Below, piece after piece: positions 61,813-64,000 of a stretch of 64,000 nucleotides of DNA. Made by a program: the position numbers and the translations under genes. Each line of letters begins with the position of its first letter. Within the stretch, counting starts at the first letter, position 1. Under the pieces are notes generated by a model, which was not told the origin of the DNA, did no database searches, and saw only the letters and a program-made list of their open reading frames with translations. Source of the DNA: Pseudomonadota bacterium (GTDB taxonomy: Bacteria > Pseudomonadota > Alphaproteobacteria > Sphingomonadales > Sphingomonadaceae). The DNA lies in assembly GCA_039027675.1 (NCBI GenBank), contig JBCCJS010000001.1, forward strand, positions 93,168 through 157,167, written 5' to 3'.

Positions 61813-63711
61813 TCACCCCGATATCTGCAAGCGTTCGAGCGATTTCTCGAGCATCAAGAGCTGCCATAGAACACGCGAATTGTCGGCAAACCCTGCAGTA
61901 TGGGCATCGACGAGAGCGGCGAGCGCCTTAGCGTCAAACCACCCTGTCCTCGCCAGCGCGCCCGATGACGCAACCTTGCGCGCTTCACCAGCCAAAGGCC
62001 CGCGCAGCCACTCGGCAATCGGGGTCACAAAGCCTTGCTTTGGCCGGTAGAGGATGTCGCGCGGCAGATGGGCCTGCATGGTCCGCTTGAGGATCGCCTT
62101 GCCCGTTGAGCCCTCGACGCGAAGCGTATCAGGCAGGCTTGCGGCGAACTCGACAAGGCGATGGTCAAGCAGCGGCTCGCGCGCTTCGAGGCTGGTCGCC
62201 ATGCTGGTGCGGTCAACCTTGGTGAGGATGTCGCCGGGCAGCCAGAAGGTGAGATCGGCATATTGCGCGCGGTCAAGCCCGGTGCGAGCAGGCGCGCCGC
62301 GCATCAGGGCGATAAGCTCATCCTCGGCGCGGAACCCTGCAAGGCTGCGCGCAAAGCCATCGCTGTACAGCGATGCGCGTTCGGCAGGTGTGGTGATCGA
62401 GAGGCCGCGTGCATAGCCCTCCTCCCCAGTCTCGGCGAGCGCGAGCAGGGTGGACTTGGCGCGAAGCCGGCGCGGTGCCCATTGCGCCTTGGGCCACAAG
62501 CGCCCGAGTGTGCCGAAGACAGGCGCGCGCAAGGCAGAAGGAATGCGCGAGCGCACGCGCTCTTCATGGTGGTGGAAGACCTGCCTGCGATACCCGGCAA
62601 AGGCCTCATCCGCACCATCGCCCGACAAGGCCACGGTCACATGCTCACGCGCCAGCTGGCACACGCGCCAGGTCGGCAAGGCAGAGGCATCGGCGAAGGG
62701 CTCATCGAACATGGCGGCAAGCTGATCGAGCGCGCCAAAGTCGTCCGGGCTGACGGTGCGCGCGCGGTGGTCGGTGCCATACTGGCGCGCTACTCGCTCA
62801 GCATAGCTCGTCTCATCGAGCGCTTCGACGTCAAAGCCGATAGAGCAGGTTTTGACCGGTTCGCTCACCGCCTCGCTCATCAGCGCGACCACGCTCGAGC
62901 TGTCGACCCCGCCCGACAGAAACGCGCCCAGAGGCACATCGGCGACCATGCGCGATTGCATCGCCTTGCGCATGAGATCGGCCAGTTCCTCGCTCAGTGC
63001 ATCCTCACTAGTCGAGGCTCGCTCGGCAAAGCTGATGTCCCACCAACGGCGCGGGCTCGGCAGCGGCTTACCCGCCTCGCACAGCATGAAATGGCCAGCG
63101 GGAAGCTTGCGCACGCCTTGAAGGATGGAATGGCTGTCCGGGATGTAACCCCAGGCAAGGTAGGCATCGAGGGCGCGGCGGTCGAGCTTGCGCGACAGCG
63201 ATGGTTCGCAGAGCAGCGCCTTCAGCTCAGACCCGAAGGCAAGCGTTCCATCGGGCAGGCTTGCAAGGAACAGCGGCTTCACCCCAAAGCGATCGCGCGC
63301 GAGGAACAGCTGGCGTTTATCGAGATCGTAGAGCGCGAAGGCAAACATGCCATCAAGCCGCTCAAGGCAATCGACACCCCAACGCTGCCATGCGGCGAGG
63401 ATCACCTCGGTATCGCCTTGGGTGGCAAAGCGTGCGCCTTCGCCCACGAGCTCCTCGCGCAGCGCCTTGAAATTGTAGATCTCGCCGTTGAAGGCAATCA
63501 CTGCGCGTCCATCGACCGAGAGCATGGGCTGCGGCGAGCCCTCCAGATCGATGATCGACAAACGCCGATGACCAAGCCTAATGCCGGGAGAGGTCCACAC
63601 GCCTGCCCCATCAGGCCCGCGGTGGATGAGCGCGTTCGTCATCCGCTCCACGCGCTCAGGCGCGAATACGGCTTTGCCTTGGGGGTCAAACAGGCCGGCG
63701 ACGCCGCACAT
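61813..63711 (-). CDS. Asparagine-synthase-like amidotransferase of the exosortase A/PEP-CTERM locus
   Basis: N-terminal MCG (Ntn Cys); motifs HRGPDG, RDRFGVKP, LSGGVDSS and SGDGADE. Adjacent to xrtA. Confidence 0.92.
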   Translation of the reverse strand: MCGVAGLFDPQGKAVFAPERVERMTNALIHRGPDGAGVWTSPGIRLGHRRLSIIDLEGSPQPMLSVDGRAVIAFNGEIYNFKALREELVGEGARFATQGDTEVILAAWQRWGVDCLERLDGMFAFALYDLDKRQLFLARDRFGVKPLFLASLPDGTLAFGSELKALLCEPSLSRKLDRRALDAYLAWGYIPDSHSILQGVRKLPAGHFMLCEAGKPLPSPRRWWDISFAERASTSEDALSEELADLMRKAMQSRMVADVPLGAFLSGGVDSSSVVALMSEAVSEPVKTCSIGFDVEALDETSYAERVARQYGTDHRARTVSPDDFGALDQLAAMFDEPFADASALPTWRVCQLAREHVTVALSGDGADEAFAGYRRQVFHHHEERVRSRIPSALRAPVFGTLGRLWPKAQWAPRRLRAKSTLLALAETGEEGYARGLSITTPAERASLYSDGFARSLAGFRAEDELIALMRGAPARTGLDRAQYADLTFWLPGDILTKVDRTSMATSLEAREPLLDHRLVEFAASLPDTLRVEGSTGKAILKRTMQAHLPRDILYRPKQGFVTPIAEWLRGPLAGEARKVASSGALARTGWFDAKALAALVDAHTAGFADNSRVLWQLLMLEKSLERLQISG

Positions 63712-63723
63712 CGTGGCAACCTC

Positions 63724-64000
63724 TTACATTCCGGAGGTGGGCGTCAAGATCGCCGCAGCTACAGTCACGGCCACCACCAGCCCTGCAAGGCTAGCGCATA
63801 CAAGAACAGAGCTATCCTCGCGCGTTTCGAACCGCTTGATCCACCCCATCCCTTCGAGCTCGCCAGTGGTAAAACCATAGTCCTCCGGCTCGCATTGAAA
63901 GAATGGCCAGGCCGCGGCCAAAGTCAGCGCCACGATCACCGCGAAGAACACCCAGCCATAGACGATGTGATCAAACCCAGCAGCAAACTCGACCCCTGCA
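63724..64000 (-). CDS. xrtA: Exosortase A, 3' fragment
   Basis: Frame reads AGVEFAAGFDHIVYGWVFF, the exosortase His...GW motif. Lies upstream of the amidotransferase. Confidence 0.85.
   Translation of the reverse strand, partial: AGVEFAAGFDHIVYGWVFFAVIVALTLAAAWPFFQCEPEDYGFTTGELEGMGWIKRFETREDSSVLVCASLAGLVVAVTVAAAILTPTSGM

Noticed and set aside
1-64000. CRISPR arrays, rRNA/tRNA genes, prophage or transposases
   Set aside because: None recognised on either strand by eye; tRNAscan-SE and Infernal would be needed to exclude small RNAs formally.

Overview
A GC-rich alphaproteobacterial chromosome segment. Gene content and order suggest Sphingomonadales, probably Erythrobacteraceae (inference). 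It is mostly core genome: trpG(end)-trpD-trpC-moaC-moeA-lexA, comEC, gltX-gltA, a complete nuoA-N operon running on into birA-coaX-rnj-DUF1467, an aldehyde dehydrogenase and thiolase, fabA-fabB-fabI, prfB, PBP1A-amiC, rne, sdhB-thioesterase-zapE, and the end of an exosortase A/amidotransferase locus. I saw no rRNA, tRNA, CRISPR array, transposase, integrase or phage gene. Four things stand out. (1) A candidate cell-polarity module at 10165-15611: a kinase and an HPt-fold protein that both lack the phosphoacceptor His, an unknown helical protein and a TipN/GPR-like coiled-coil protein, with two CtrA-like boxes. (2) Six extra small ORFs inserted at nuo gene junctions, tightly coupled and lower in GC where counted, plus a duplicated nuoF start. 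(3) A 25-bp motif, 24/25 identical, upstream of both moaC and sdhB, 57 kb apart. (4) A probable accessory block between rne and sdhB: a divergent Ddl-like ATP-grasp ligase, a PD40 propeller, a DUF885 protein with a degenerate metal motif, a 2OG-Fe(II) oxygenase and an SDR. Family calls come from motif recognition by eye, with no database search; several start codons were adjusted from the ORF track.
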